Below, in pieces: positions 1-8,413 of a stretch of DNA of 24,139 bases. Origin of the DNA: a virus; IMG/VR virus record IMGVR_UViG_3300045988_181603, positions 1-24,139 of that record; one strand, 5' to 3'. Position 1 is the stretch's first letter. Each line of letters opens with the position of its first letter. The translations under genes and the position numbers were made by a program. The notes under the pieces are model-generated. The model made no database searches, was not told the origin of the DNA, and saw only the letters and a program-made list of their open reading frames with translations.

Positions 1-119
1 AATCTCTCTAATTTCCTTGCAAACATTAAAAATGTGGGTAATTCCTCGCAGAGGGCTATGCCACAGGTTAAAAATTTTTCAAAAAATCTTTCGAGCATTG
101 AAAGTAATGCAAAAAAAGG
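1..119. repeat. Terminal overlap copy 1 (identical to 24021-24139)
   Basis: Direct comparison: aatctctctaatttccttgcaaacattaaaaatgtgggtaattcctcgcag... occurs at both ends. Confidence 0.95.
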
Positions 120-3100
120 AAGTTCGGGATTATCGAAGCTACTTTCCAATATCGAAAAAATGCTTGCACTAAAAATTTCTTTTTCAGGATTCAAAGATAT
201 GTTTGAAAAATCCTCTGAATTGCTGGAAGACTTCAACTATTTTGATCAGGCATTTAATCAGGTAGCAGAAAACGCAACTAAAACCTGGTCAGAAGCAGGT
301 TACAATTCTGCTGAGGAATACACAAACTCTTTTAGTAAAAAAGCCCGCGAACTAACTTCTAAAATGTCCGGATTCGATATTTCAGATACTGGCATCTTGT
401 CGACAAATAAAACTGGCAAGTCACTCGGCATGGACCCGTCACTACTTTTGAATGCTCAAGCTACATTTGCACAAATATCTTCCTCCATGGGAACAACTTC
501 TGAACAGGCGGCCAATTTGTCCGATGCATTGACCATGTTAGGGGCAGACCTCGCATCTCTCCGAAATGAAGATTTTAGCAAAGTTTATGATAATTTGACT
601 TCAGGTTTGACCGGCATGAGTAGAGCTGTCGATAAATACGGAATCAACATTCGAGTAGCTAACTTGCAGCAGGAAGCGGCAAACCTTGGAATACAAACAT
701 CTGTTTCCAACATGAGTCAGGCTGATAAGGTTCTGTTAAGGACCATCGTTATGCTGGAAAGTTCAAAAGGAGCATGGACGGATTTATCACGGACGATTTC
801 GCTCCCAGTAAACCAAATGCGTATATTCAAGAATAATTTGGCTATGATATCCCGATTGCTAGGAAACACCTTTCTTCCGATTGTAGCAAAGGCATTGCCA
901 TATATCAACGGACTTGCGATTGCTTTTCAGCGTCTCCTAATGGGAATTGGGAATCTGACAGGAGCAAATAAGCAGATCGGGCAAATGTACGGTGGTATCA
1001 CTAAAGGTTCAGATGTGCTTTCGGATGCTCTGGACGCTGTAGATGATACAGATTTATCCGGATTGAATGATACAACAGCTGATGCGGATGATAATTTAAA
1101 GAGTGCTGCTAAAAACGCCAAAAAGTTAAAACAGTTCCTTGCGTCCTATGACGAATTGGAGGTTATGAGCAAAAACGATGATTCATCTACAAGTCTTGGC
1201 TCAACGAAACTTAAAGTACCAGCTGTAGATACATCTGCATTAGACTCAAGCATTTTAAATGATAAATTAAACAGTTTACTTGGAGAATATCAAAAACAGT
1301 GGGATGCCGCCTACAATTCCATGGAAAATAAGGCCATGGCGTTCGCTAATAAAGTGCAGAGCGCTTTTGAAGCTTTAAAAACTGCTGCCGAGCCAACGAC
1401 TCAAGCATTGCAGAAATTATGGAATGAGGGTTTGAAACAGTTCGGAAATTTTACCTGGACATCCCTGAAAGATTTTTGGGAACATTTTCTAAAACCACTT
1501 GGGAAATGGACCTTGGGTAAAAAGGGACTGCCTCGGCTGATAAATGCTTTCAACAACTTCCTGACAAAGATAAAGTGGGGAAAAATCAATAAATCTCTGA
1601 GAAAGTTCTGGGATGCACTGGAACCACTGGCCGAAAATGTCGGTACCGGTATCCTCAACTTTTTCGACGATTTGTCGGAAAAAACAAGTGGATTAGTGAA
1701 CAAGCTTCCGGGTGGCATTGATAAGATAACAGAATTGATAAAGAAAATAAAACCCGAAACTGCGCAGAAGGTCGGATACGCTATCGGGCAGATTGCCACA
1801 TCCTTACTAATGTTCAAAGGATTAAAAAGCATCTCTGGAATTATAGGGAATTCTGGCATTGGTAAGTTCATATCTCAATTGGCCAAACATCCTCTTTTGA
1901 CAATAGCAGGTGGAATAACTGCCATTGTACTGGCCCTTGATAAGTTTGGAGTGATCGATATTGACTGGAGCGGAATCAGTCAGAGCTTTGAGAATCTAAA
2001 AGAACGTGTTGTAAATTTCGCCAAAAAAATTGATTGGAAGACCGTAAGCAATAACATTCAAGAAGGCATTAAAGCCGTTACTGACAAGATATTTGATTTT
2101 ATCGATAAGATTGACTGGAATGCGCTTTGGGAAGGCCTGACAAACACAATAAGCACAGTTTGGACAGGTATCAAAGACTTTGCCGGTTCTATTCACTGGG
2201 ACACAATCAAGGACGGATTAAGTAAGTTTGCTGAGGTATTGCCAGATTTGGCAGCAGGCTTCGGGCAGTTAAGCGCGGATATAATTAATAAATTGGCAGA
2301 TGCCTTTGATTGGTTGATGACTAAACTCAGCACGCTGGATCCAGATACTCTTGAAAAAATTGGATATGGCTTAGGTGTGATTTTCGCAGTCAAAATCGGT
2401 ACGGATTTAGCTGGTAAAATATTAGGTATTGCCAGCTCTTTCTCATCTTTAGGAGTTGCTCTCAAAGGGCTGAAATGGCTAATAAAAAGCGGCGAAGCTT
2501 TGGCGAGTGGTCTTGCTGCTGTTCTTGGTACGGTTGGCGGTGCAGCAGTGATTGGAGCCGGACTTGGTATTGCTGCATCTGAACAAACTGTTGATTCTAA
2601 GGGGAAAGAGCAGCAGTTTGAAGAACAGTCGAATAATTCAAGTTCAGCTGCAAGTCAATTATCTGCTACGTTGAAAGACCTTAATGAAAGAGGAATCATT
2701 ACATCCCAGACGTTCGATACGCTTTCTACGAAGCTTAATTCTTTTGTTGCTGGGACAAGTACAACGACAATATTTACCAGTATGAGAGACGCCATGATTG
2801 AAGCAGGTGTGTCGACAGATGAGCTGGCTGTATCAATCAATAATACAAACAGTGATCTGCAGTCATTCTACAACTTGGTAGCTCATGCGAGTGAAGGTGC
2901 CGGTACCGCAGATGGTCAGATAAAATCTTTTGCAGAAGCGATTAACACAATTAATCCGGATCCAATTATATCTAAGCTGTACACTTTACAGTCTACCGAA
3001 GAGCAGATCACATTTGCAAATCTGATTGTTGAGTCCTCAAATGCAATAGATCAGATGGGTGGCATCTGGGAAAATGGAAAACAGATTCTCGGCGAAAAAG

Positions 3101-4245
3101 CTATTGCGATTTATCAGGCAATTCAGGACGGATTAAAGCCAGATGAGAACGGATTCTACAATCTCGGAAATGGTCAAATGGTGCAATTTGGCAAGGCTAT
3201 TGATGATTATGATAAGACCCTCAAAGAAAAAGCCACATCAACCCTGACAGAGCCACTAAGATTAGGAATATCCGAAGTTCTTCCAGAATACAGCTCGTTT
3301 GGTGCAGACGCAAACGGATGGTTCATCACCGGACTGACAAGCATTGACCCAAGTACCGGCGTAAAGGTACAGGAAGCATTTAAAAGCGTCCTGGATAAGA
3401 TTGATACGACTTCGGCTGAGAGCATCGGAAAGACTACCGGTACGAATATGACAAGCGGAATAACAAAGGGAATGGAAGAAAATTCCCAAGCTGTCAAAGA
3501 TGCTACAAATAAGATGATTGACGATAATGTGAAAACTCCTGCTCAAGATTCTCTCGGCATTCACTCTCCGTCGAAGTGGTTTGAAAACTTGGCGAAATTT
3601 TGCGGTTCTGGGTTCGAGAATGGGCTTGACATTGGCTTTGATGGGGCTTTTACGTGGTTCGAAGGACTGCGAGCTAAAATTAACAATAGCATTGGCTCTC
3701 TTCACAGTGTTGGATGGAACGCCATCATTGGAATGAATAACGGTATGGTCGAGGCGGCAACTCAGCATCTGTACAAGAACGCTCAGGCAATTGCTGAGAA
3801 TATTGTAAATAAATTCCGCACATTTCTCAAAATAAATAGTCCATCACGTGTTATGGCAGAGATTGGTGGTTTTACTGTTGAAGGTATGATTGCTGGTATA
3901 CAATCCAAGATTCCTCGGATGGAAAGTACAATTCAAGATATCAGCAATGAAATTAAAAGGATGCAAACACCTCCCGCTGAATTAATTCCTCAAAATTATT
4001 TTTCTCAAAAACAAAGATTTGACAGCCAAAATCAAATAGATATGAGTAGCTTTATGGATACTGTTGAAAGAGAAGTTATGGCAATCAGCAGTAATGTGTT
4101 TAATAACAATGAATATCTCGGACAAGCAGTCAGAAATAGTCTTAACGGTATGGCAATCTATGCGGACGGACACTTGATTGGATATCTCCAAGAGGAAGAC
4201 CGACAATACAGGAACAGATCTGGCTACGGACTGTTCGAAGGGTAA
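1..4245 (+). CDS. Tail tape measure protein, remainder. The track's GTG start at 34 is internal; the true start is at 23790.
   Basis: Very long helical protein. It has a Gly/Ala-rich hydrophobic central segment (GYGLGVIF...AVLGTVGGAAVIGAGLGIAA) and periodic I/F-D-W repeats. Two C-terminal xHSPS/NSPS motifs (GIHSPSKWF, KINSPSRVM) are typical of siphovirus tape measure proteins. Confidence 0.85.
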   Translation, partial: NLSNFLANIKNVGNSSQRAMPQVKNFSKNLSSIESNAKKGSSGLSKLLSNIEKMLALKISFSGFKDMFEKSSELLEDFNYFDQAFNQVAENATKTWSEAGYNSAEEYTNSFSKKARELTSKMSGFDISDTGILSTNKTGKSLGMDPSLLLNAQATFAQISSSMGTTSEQAANLSDALTMLGADLASLRNEDFSKVYDNLTSGLTGMSRAVDKYGINIRVANLQQEAANLGIQTSVSNMSQADKVLLRTIVMLESSKGAWTDLSRTISLPVNQMRIFKNNLAMISRLLGNTFLPIVAKALPYINGLAIAFQRLLMGIGNLTGANKQIGQMYGGITKGSDVLSDALDAVDDTDLSGLNDTTADADDNLKSAAKNAKKLKQFLASYDELEVMSKNDDSSTSLGSTKLKVPAVDTSALDSSILNDKLNSLLGEYQKQWDAAYNSMENKAMAFANKVQSAFEALKTAAEPTTQALQKLWNEGLKQFGNFTWTSLKDFWEHFLKPLGKWTLGKKGLPRLINAFNNFLTKIKWGKINKSLRKFWDALEPLAENVGTGILNFFDDLSEKTSGLVNKLPGGIDKITELIKKIKPETAQKVGYAIGQIATSLLMFKGLKSISGIIGNSGIGKFISQLAKHPLLTIAGGITAIVLALDKFGVIDIDWSGISQSFENLKERVVNFAKKIDWKTVSNNIQEGIKAVTDKIFDFIDKIDWNALWEGLTNTISTVWTGIKDFAGSIHWDTIKDGLSKFAEVLPDLAAGFGQLSADIINKLADAFDWLMTKLSTLDPDTLEKIGYGLGVIFAVKIGTDLAGKILGIASSFSSLGVALKGLKWLIKSGEALASGLAAVLGTVGGAAVIGAGLGIAASEQTVDSKGKEQQFEEQSNNSSSAASQLSATLKDLNERGIITSQTFDTLSTKLNSFVAGTSTTTIFTSMRDAMIEAGVSTDELAVSINNTNSDLQSFYNLVAHASEGAGTADGQIKSFAEAINTINPDPIISKLYTLQSTEEQITFANLIVESSNAIDQMGGIWENGKQILGEKAIAIYQAIQDGLKPDENGFYNLGNGQMVQFGKAIDDYDKTLKEKATSTLTEPLRLGISEVLPEYSSFGADANGWFITGLTSIDPSTGVKVQEAFKSVLDKIDTTSAESIGKTTGTNMTSGITKGMEENSQAVKDATNKMIDDNVKTPAQDSLGIHSPSKWFENLAKFCGSGFENGLDIGFDGAFTWFEGLRAKINNSIGSLHSVGWNAIIGMNNGMVEAATQHLYKNAQAIAENIVNKFRTFLKINSPSRVMAEIGGFTVEGMIAGIQSKIPRMESTIQDISNEIKRMQTPPAELIPQNYFSQKQRFDSQNQIDMSSFMDTVEREVMAISSNVFNNNEYLGQAVRNSLNGMAIYADGHLIGYLQEEDRQYRNRSGYGLFEG

Positions 4246-4251
4246 TTCAAA

Positions 4252-4292
4252 AGAGCAGGCAAGCAGCAATGTTTGTCCTGCTCTATTTTTTT
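4252..4292 (+). terminator. Rho-independent terminator after the tape measure gene
   Basis: Stem agagcagg (4252-4259) / cctgctct (4277-4284), followed by a T-run. Confidence 0.75.
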
Positions 4293-4305
4293 ATTTTCCT
4301 GGCAC

Positions 4306-4334
4306 TGGCAATATGTAGAATTTTGTGCTATAAT
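4306..4334 (+). promoter_or_regulatory. Sigma-70-type promoter with extended -10
   Basis: TGGCAA - 17 bp - TATAAT (4329-4334), preceded by TGc. Confidence 0.55.
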
Positions 4335-4340
4335 ATAAAT

Positions 4341-4474
4341 GACAATTGAATACAGATAGACAATTAATATATGTAACTAAGAAGACGACTAAAACCGTAA
4401 GCAGACGGAAAGAAAAGGAACAAATAAAAGTTCTGAAAAATATCTGCAAGCGTGTTTTTGTCGTCTTTTTTTAT
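4341..4474 (+). ncRNA. Candidate leader or small RNA ending in a long imperfect hairpin plus U-tract
   Basis: aagacgacTaaaac (from 4382) pairs with gtttttgtcgtctt (to 4467). An inner gcaga/tctgc stem closes an A-rich ~35-nt loop, and a T-run follows. The overlapping 75-aa track ORF has a non-ATG start and no RBS. Confidence 0.4.
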
Positions 4475-4659
4475 TTCAAAAAAAATGGTTTTAGTCACTT
4501 TATTGGAGCTTTTGGAAGAAAAATAAAGTTCATACCTAATTATACTGAAACATACCAGGCGTCTATGCTATGATTCGGGCAACAGGAACGGGAACTATTT
4601 TTTTTGAAACCAAAAGTCAATAATCATTATTACTAAAAACTAAAAAAGGAGGGATTTTT

Positions 4660-4854
4660 GTGAAAAATATGGATATTCGACAGGAGATTGTTCAGAAGCG
4701 GCTTAGATCATATGAAGTAGCGGCTCAAATGCATATATCTGCGTCTAGTTTCTGCAGGTGGCTTCAGACAGATCTTACGCCAGAAAGAAAAGAAAGAATC
4801 CGAATCGCAATCGATGAATTATACCGGAAGAATTTGGAGGCATGTAGTGAGTGA
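4660..4854 (+). CDS. Small helix-turn-helix DNA-binding protein
   Basis: GTG start 6 nt after AGGAGGG. HTH-like segment LRSYEVAAQMHISASSFCRWL. First gene of the pri/rep-like operon. Confidence 0.6.
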   Translation: MKNMDIRQEIVQKRLRSYEVAAQMHISASSFCRWLQTDLTPERKERIRIAIDELYRKNLEACSE

Positions 4855-5425
4855 AATTTTTAAACAAGTTAACCAAGCATTGACCTGTCAGCAAGTAGCT
4901 GAGTGCCTTGGATTTACCGTAAATTCTAAAGGTTTCACGCACAGCCCAATTAATAAAGATGAAAAGACACCATCCTGCAAAATCTATCCCGGGAACCGTG
5001 GATTTTATGATTTTAGCTCTGCCACAGGCGGCGACTCTTTGAAGTTTGCCAGTCTTGTACTGGGCGTTGACAATTGGCAAGCTGCGCAATATTTAATCGG
5101 ATATTTTAATCTCAACATTGATACAAATGGCGATATCAGCAGGGCTGAGTTTGAAAAATTAAAGCGGCAACGCGAAGCCGATCAACTGCGGAAGGCAGTT
5201 GGGAAACAAAAATGGGTCGCTGAAATGGACAACCTGAAAGCTACCATTAGTATTTGTGAGAATCTACTGGTAAGTCCACGCGTTGAACCACTGTCTGACG
5301 TTTGGTGTATGGCAGTCAATCAAAGAAACAAGGCAATCGTCAAGGTAAACAAACTGGTAGGCGTTGAGACATTTGCAGCGGATTTGAGACTACCAGAAAG
5401 AAAAGGACAGAAGAAAGTGGGGTGA
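4847..5425 (+). CDS. Primase CHC2 zinc-finger-like domain protein (degenerate, no TOPRIM domain)
   Basis: GTG at 4847 lies 6 nt after TGGAGG and overlaps the upstream stop. DEKTPSCKIY...FYDFSSATGGDSLKF resembles the DnaG/P4 zinc-binding motif (CPFHxEKTPSF...CFGCGxxGD), but the Cys/His ligands are replaced. Confidence 0.5.
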   Translation: MSEIFKQVNQALTCQQVAECLGFTVNSKGFTHSPINKDEKTPSCKIYPGNRGFYDFSSATGGDSLKFASLVLGVDNWQAAQYLIGYFNLNIDTNGDISRAEFEKLKRQREADQLRKAVGKQKWVAEMDNLKATISICENLLVSPRVEPLSDVWCMAVNQRNKAIVKVNKLVGVETFAADLRLPERKGQKKVG

Positions 5426-6459
5426 TCGCATTGATTGAGAATAAAAAAGATTCGCTTCTGCTATCGTTGGATAGTGTTGAAGAAAAAGAAATCGAATGGC
5501 TTGTACCAGAATACTTACCCAGAGGGCAAATTTGCATCATGGCGGGGGACGGCGGCTCCGGAAAGACTACAATCTGGTGTAGTTTAGCGGCTGCTATAAG
5601 TTCTGGGACGAAGGTATTTTTTGAACGGACACCAGAGGAATTTGTTGAGAAAAAGCCACAAAAGGTACTTTTCTTCAGTTCTGAAGATTCCATTGAATAT
5701 GTGCTCAAAGCCAGATTACGAAAAGCTGGGGCGAATCTCAGTAATATATTTTCTGTTAATCTAAAAAATGAAAAGTTTTCAGAAATTAAATTTAATTCAC
5801 AGTTATTGCGCGATTTAATAGAGCAAGTACAGCCGGCTCTTGTAATCTTTGATCCGGTACAATCATTTATTCCGGATGGCGCGAATATGGCAAAGAGAAA
5901 CGAGATGAGATCTTGTTTAAACCACTTAATCGGCATTGGTGAACAGTATGGGACAACGTCTTTGATCGTCGTTCACACCAATAAGCGCACTGGAGCGTTC
6001 GGGCGAAAAAGAATATCGGATAGTTCGGATATTTGGGATATTGCGAGATCGGCGTTAGTCGTCGGGAACGTGTCAGGGAGCAATTTGCGCTATATGTCGC
6101 AGGAAAAATCAAACTACGGAGAATTAGCGCAGACAGCTTTGTTCAGCATAGATGATTCTGGCGCACACCTGGAAGAATATACAGACCGCCGAGACGCAGA
6201 CTTTGTTCGGGAGCAGGACTTCGAAGGCAGACAGGCACCGCAACGACAGGACGCTGAACAATTTATCAAGGATTTCCTGAGAGGCGGCAAAAAACCAACA
6301 TCAGAACTTGATGAAGCGGCACAAGCTGCAGGAATTAGTCGTTCAAGCCTGACAAGAGCTAAAACGAAGTTACGGAAGGATAATGTAATGAATGTGAAGT
6401 CCGAAGGTTTTGGCGGAAACAAAGTATTTTACAGCTACTTACTCGACCAGCGTTCATAG
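5422..6459 (+). CDS. RecA-fold AAA_25/RepA-like replicative helicase with a C-terminal winged-helix region
   Basis: Walker A GDGGSGKTT, Walker B-like LVIFDPV, SLIVVHTNK. C-terminal HTH-like AGISRSSLTRAKTKL. Start overlaps the upstream stop (GTGA). Confidence 0.75.
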   Translation: MIALIENKKDSLLLSLDSVEEKEIEWLVPEYLPRGQICIMAGDGGSGKTTIWCSLAAAISSGTKVFFERTPEEFVEKKPQKVLFFSSEDSIEYVLKARLRKAGANLSNIFSVNLKNEKFSEIKFNSQLLRDLIEQVQPALVIFDPVQSFIPDGANMAKRNEMRSCLNHLIGIGEQYGTTSLIVVHTNKRTGAFGRKRISDSSDIWDIARSALVVGNVSGSNLRYMSQEKSNYGELAQTALFSIDDSGAHLEEYTDRRDADFVREQDFEGRQAPQRQDAEQFIKDFLRGGKKPTSELDEAAQAAGISRSSLTRAKTKLRKDNVMNVKSEGFGGNKVFYSYLLDQRS

Positions 6460-6473
6460 AGGAAAATTTTAAA

Positions 6474-6666
6474 TGAGTGAGTAAGCTTGAAATCCTTTAT
6501 TTATAAGGGTTCCACTTACTCATCAATGTGAGTGAGTAAAGAGAAAGTGGAGTTACTTATTCACTCACCATGCGGAGTAAGCTAGAACCGCATAAACAGA
6601 GGGTTTGACGTTTATTCACTCACTTATCCGGTTTGTCAATGACATGGGAGAAGTAAGGAGTAAGCA
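6474..6666. repeat. Iteron-like cluster (GAGTGAGTAAG / GAGTAAG core in both orientations); candidate origin for the adjacent helicase
   Basis: Plus-strand copies at 6475-6485, 6530-6540, 6575-6582 and 6658-6665. Inverted copies at 6514-6522, 6556-6566 and 6612-6621. Confidence 0.55.
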
Positions 6667-6736
6667 ATACTGACCTGACAGAGAAAAACAGCAGGCTTTT
6701 TCCTTGTCAGGACTCACAACTTAGAAAGGAGACAAG

Positions 6737-6985
6737 ATGACCTCATTTAAACAGAGTACATATTGGAGCATCTGGGGCGATGCCTGCCGGATACATCAAA
6801 GATATTACGGAACCGCAGAATCAAATGACGCTGCATGGCAATCGCTTATTCAGGAATCTACCGCTTTTAGAAATAAATATAAAAATTCAGATTGTAGTGA
6901 ATTCGCAGAGCAGATGATTTTACTGATTTGTTCTGAGATAAATAAAAAATCGAAAGGAGGTAACACCGATGCCGAGAAGAAATAA
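6737..6985 (+). CDS. Hypothetical protein (82 aa)
   Basis: ATG 6 nt after AAAGGAG; no recognisable motif. Confidence 0.5.
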   Translation: MTSFKQSTYWSIWGDACRIHQRYYGTAESNDAAWQSLIQESTAFRNKYKNSDCSEFAEQMILLICSEINKKSKGGNTDAEKK

Positions 6986-7121
6986 CCGCCCGTCACCACC
7001 ATCCAGCAAGCACGCACTGGATCATTGGATGTCGTTCTGCAGACGGACGATTAAAGCAAATACCACCAATAAGAAAGACAACTGTAACAAACGATTAATT
7101 GATACTAAAAAAGGTAGGTGA
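6969..7121 (+). CDS. Possible small basic protein (50 aa), not in the ORF track
   Basis: ATG 9 nt after GGAGG. Arg/Lys-rich. The stop overlaps the RBS of the next gene. Confidence 0.3.
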   Translation: MPRRNNRPSPPSSKHALDHWMSFCRRTIKANTTNKKDNCNKRLIDTKKGR

Positions 7122-7126
7122 GTTAT

Positions 7127-7735
7127 ATGTCAAACGAATTAATCCGAAAGCGAGATGAGCATGGCGTTCGCATCGCAGGTGCATATTCCAAAAAATACTG
7201 CAAAGACAATGAAGAACTCGGTGATATGCCTGATTTATCGGCCATATTAGGCGTAGCCATTGAACAATTAAATGTCAGAAAAGCTGGCCGAATTCCAGAT
7301 TATGCAGATGATCCGCAGGGAATCGAAAGTTTTGTTTCTGCAACCCAGATGTATTTTGAATATATCACAGAAGCCAATCGCCAAAATGACGAGAAGCTGA
7401 TTCCAGATATAGAGGGGTGGTGTTTGTTCATCGGCGTAACTAAACAGACGGTCCTTAACTACGCCAAACGGAATAATACCTGGAAGGAATTGATTGATTA
7501 CATCAAAGAAAGCATACTCTCAGCAAAGAAACAGCTTGCTTTTCGTTTCAAGATTCCGCCTGTTGTCTATTTGAACGACGTGGCGAATAATCATGGTTAC
7601 CTCAATACAAACGAATTTAAGATAACTACATCTTCAGATTCTGGAATTAATGCTCCAACTCAGACAGCACAGCAGATTGCAGCCAAACACAGAACAGCTC
7701 TGGAGCTTCCGGAAATGGAGAAACCTGTTTTATAA
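7127..7735 (+). CDS. Terminase small subunit-like HTH protein, paralog 1
   Basis: Layout typical of Firmicutes siphophage TerS: MYFEYI...IPDIEGWCLFIGVTKQTVLNYAK...ILSAKKQL...VYLNDVANNHGY. ATG at 7127 follows AAGGTAGG. Confidence 0.55.
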   Translation: MSNELIRKRDEHGVRIAGAYSKKYCKDNEELGDMPDLSAILGVAIEQLNVRKAGRIPDYADDPQGIESFVSATQMYFEYITEANRQNDEKLIPDIEGWCLFIGVTKQTVLNYAKRNNTWKELIDYIKESILSAKKQLAFRFKIPPVVYLNDVANNHGYLNTNEFKITTSSDSGINAPTQTAQQIAAKHRTALELPEMEKPVL

Positions 7736-7742
7736 CGCCCTG

Positions 7743-7764
7743 CATTCGTCACAAATGACGAATG
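7743..7764 (+). promoter_or_regulatory. Perfect 9-bp hairpin between the two TerS-like genes
   Basis: cattcgtca-caaa-tgacgaatg, with only a weak downstream T-tract. Confidence 0.4.
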
Positions 7765-7825
7765 AATTTATAACTACAATGCATAAACTTGACATCCGAA
7801 AAAGTAACGAGAGGAGGCGATTATA

Positions 7826-8338
7826 ATGCCGAAAAATAATTATCCAAATGCTGAAATTGACCGTTTACCAGATGAATTTGTGGAAACTTCTATAAATTCT
7901 CTTCAGGAACTGGCAGCACTCGGGAAAATATCATGTAAACCAGAGCAAGATGAAGAATTTGAACAGAGAGTTTCCCAAATTATAGATTTCTGCAAGCGTA
8001 AGAAAATGAGACCAGGTATCGAAACTTTATGCGCTGGACTCGGAATAACCAGACAAACGTTGAATGACTGGGAAAAAGGAACCTTTGGAGTGTCTGAACG
8101 CAGAAAAGAATCCGTACGGCAAGTCAAACAATTGATATATGCTTTTCTTGAACAAGCTGGTATGTCTGGGAAAATTCATCCTACTACATATATCTGGCTG
8201 ACAAAAAACTGGCAAAAATATTCAGAAAATTCTCCGATTGATACAGAAATTGCATATACAAATAAACCAAAAGAAAGTCTGGAGCAGATTAAAGAGGAAT
8301 TCGGAGGATTGCTTCTCAACTCAGATCAGCAATATTGA
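7826..8338 (+). CDS. Terminase small subunit-like HTH protein, paralog 2
   Basis: IIDFCKRKKMRPGIETLCAGLGITRQTLNDWEKG...VKQLIYAFLEQAGMSGKIHPTTYIWLTKNW matches the TerS architecture. GGAGG RBS. Confidence 0.6.
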   Translation: MPKNNYPNAEIDRLPDEFVETSINSLQELAALGKISCKPEQDEEFEQRVSQIIDFCKRKKMRPGIETLCAGLGITRQTLNDWEKGTFGVSERRKESVRQVKQLIYAFLEQAGMSGKIHPTTYIWLTKNWQKYSENSPIDTEIAYTNKPKESLEQIKEEFGGLLLNSDQQY

Positions 8339-8413
8339 CAACTGCTGCCGCCTACGGCATTTCTAACGGTTAGAAAAATCAAAAAAATAGATAAAGAAAA
8401 GGAGATAAACACA

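Noticed and set aside
1-119. Terminal 119-bp repeat as a biological direct terminal repeat, LTR or IS end
   Set aside because: The repeat lies inside a continuous in-frame coding sequence and is 100 percent identical. That fits an assembly overlap of a circular molecule better than physical genome ends.
717-4269. Nine minus-strand track ORFs (60-168 aa) nested inside the tape measure gene
   Set aside because: All are antisense to a long, well-supported ORF. They lack RBSs and have low-complexity or odd composition, as expected for chance antisense frames.
4346-4573. 75-aa plus-strand ORF
   Set aside because: It has a non-ATG start, no RBS and a homopolymer-driven sequence. The region is better explained by a promoter plus a long terminator hairpin.
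7789-7794. Perfect TTGACA -35 hexamer upstream of the second TerS-like gene
   Set aside because: No acceptable -10 lies at 16-19 bp spacing; the position is occupied by the AGGAGG RBS. It is not called as a promoter.
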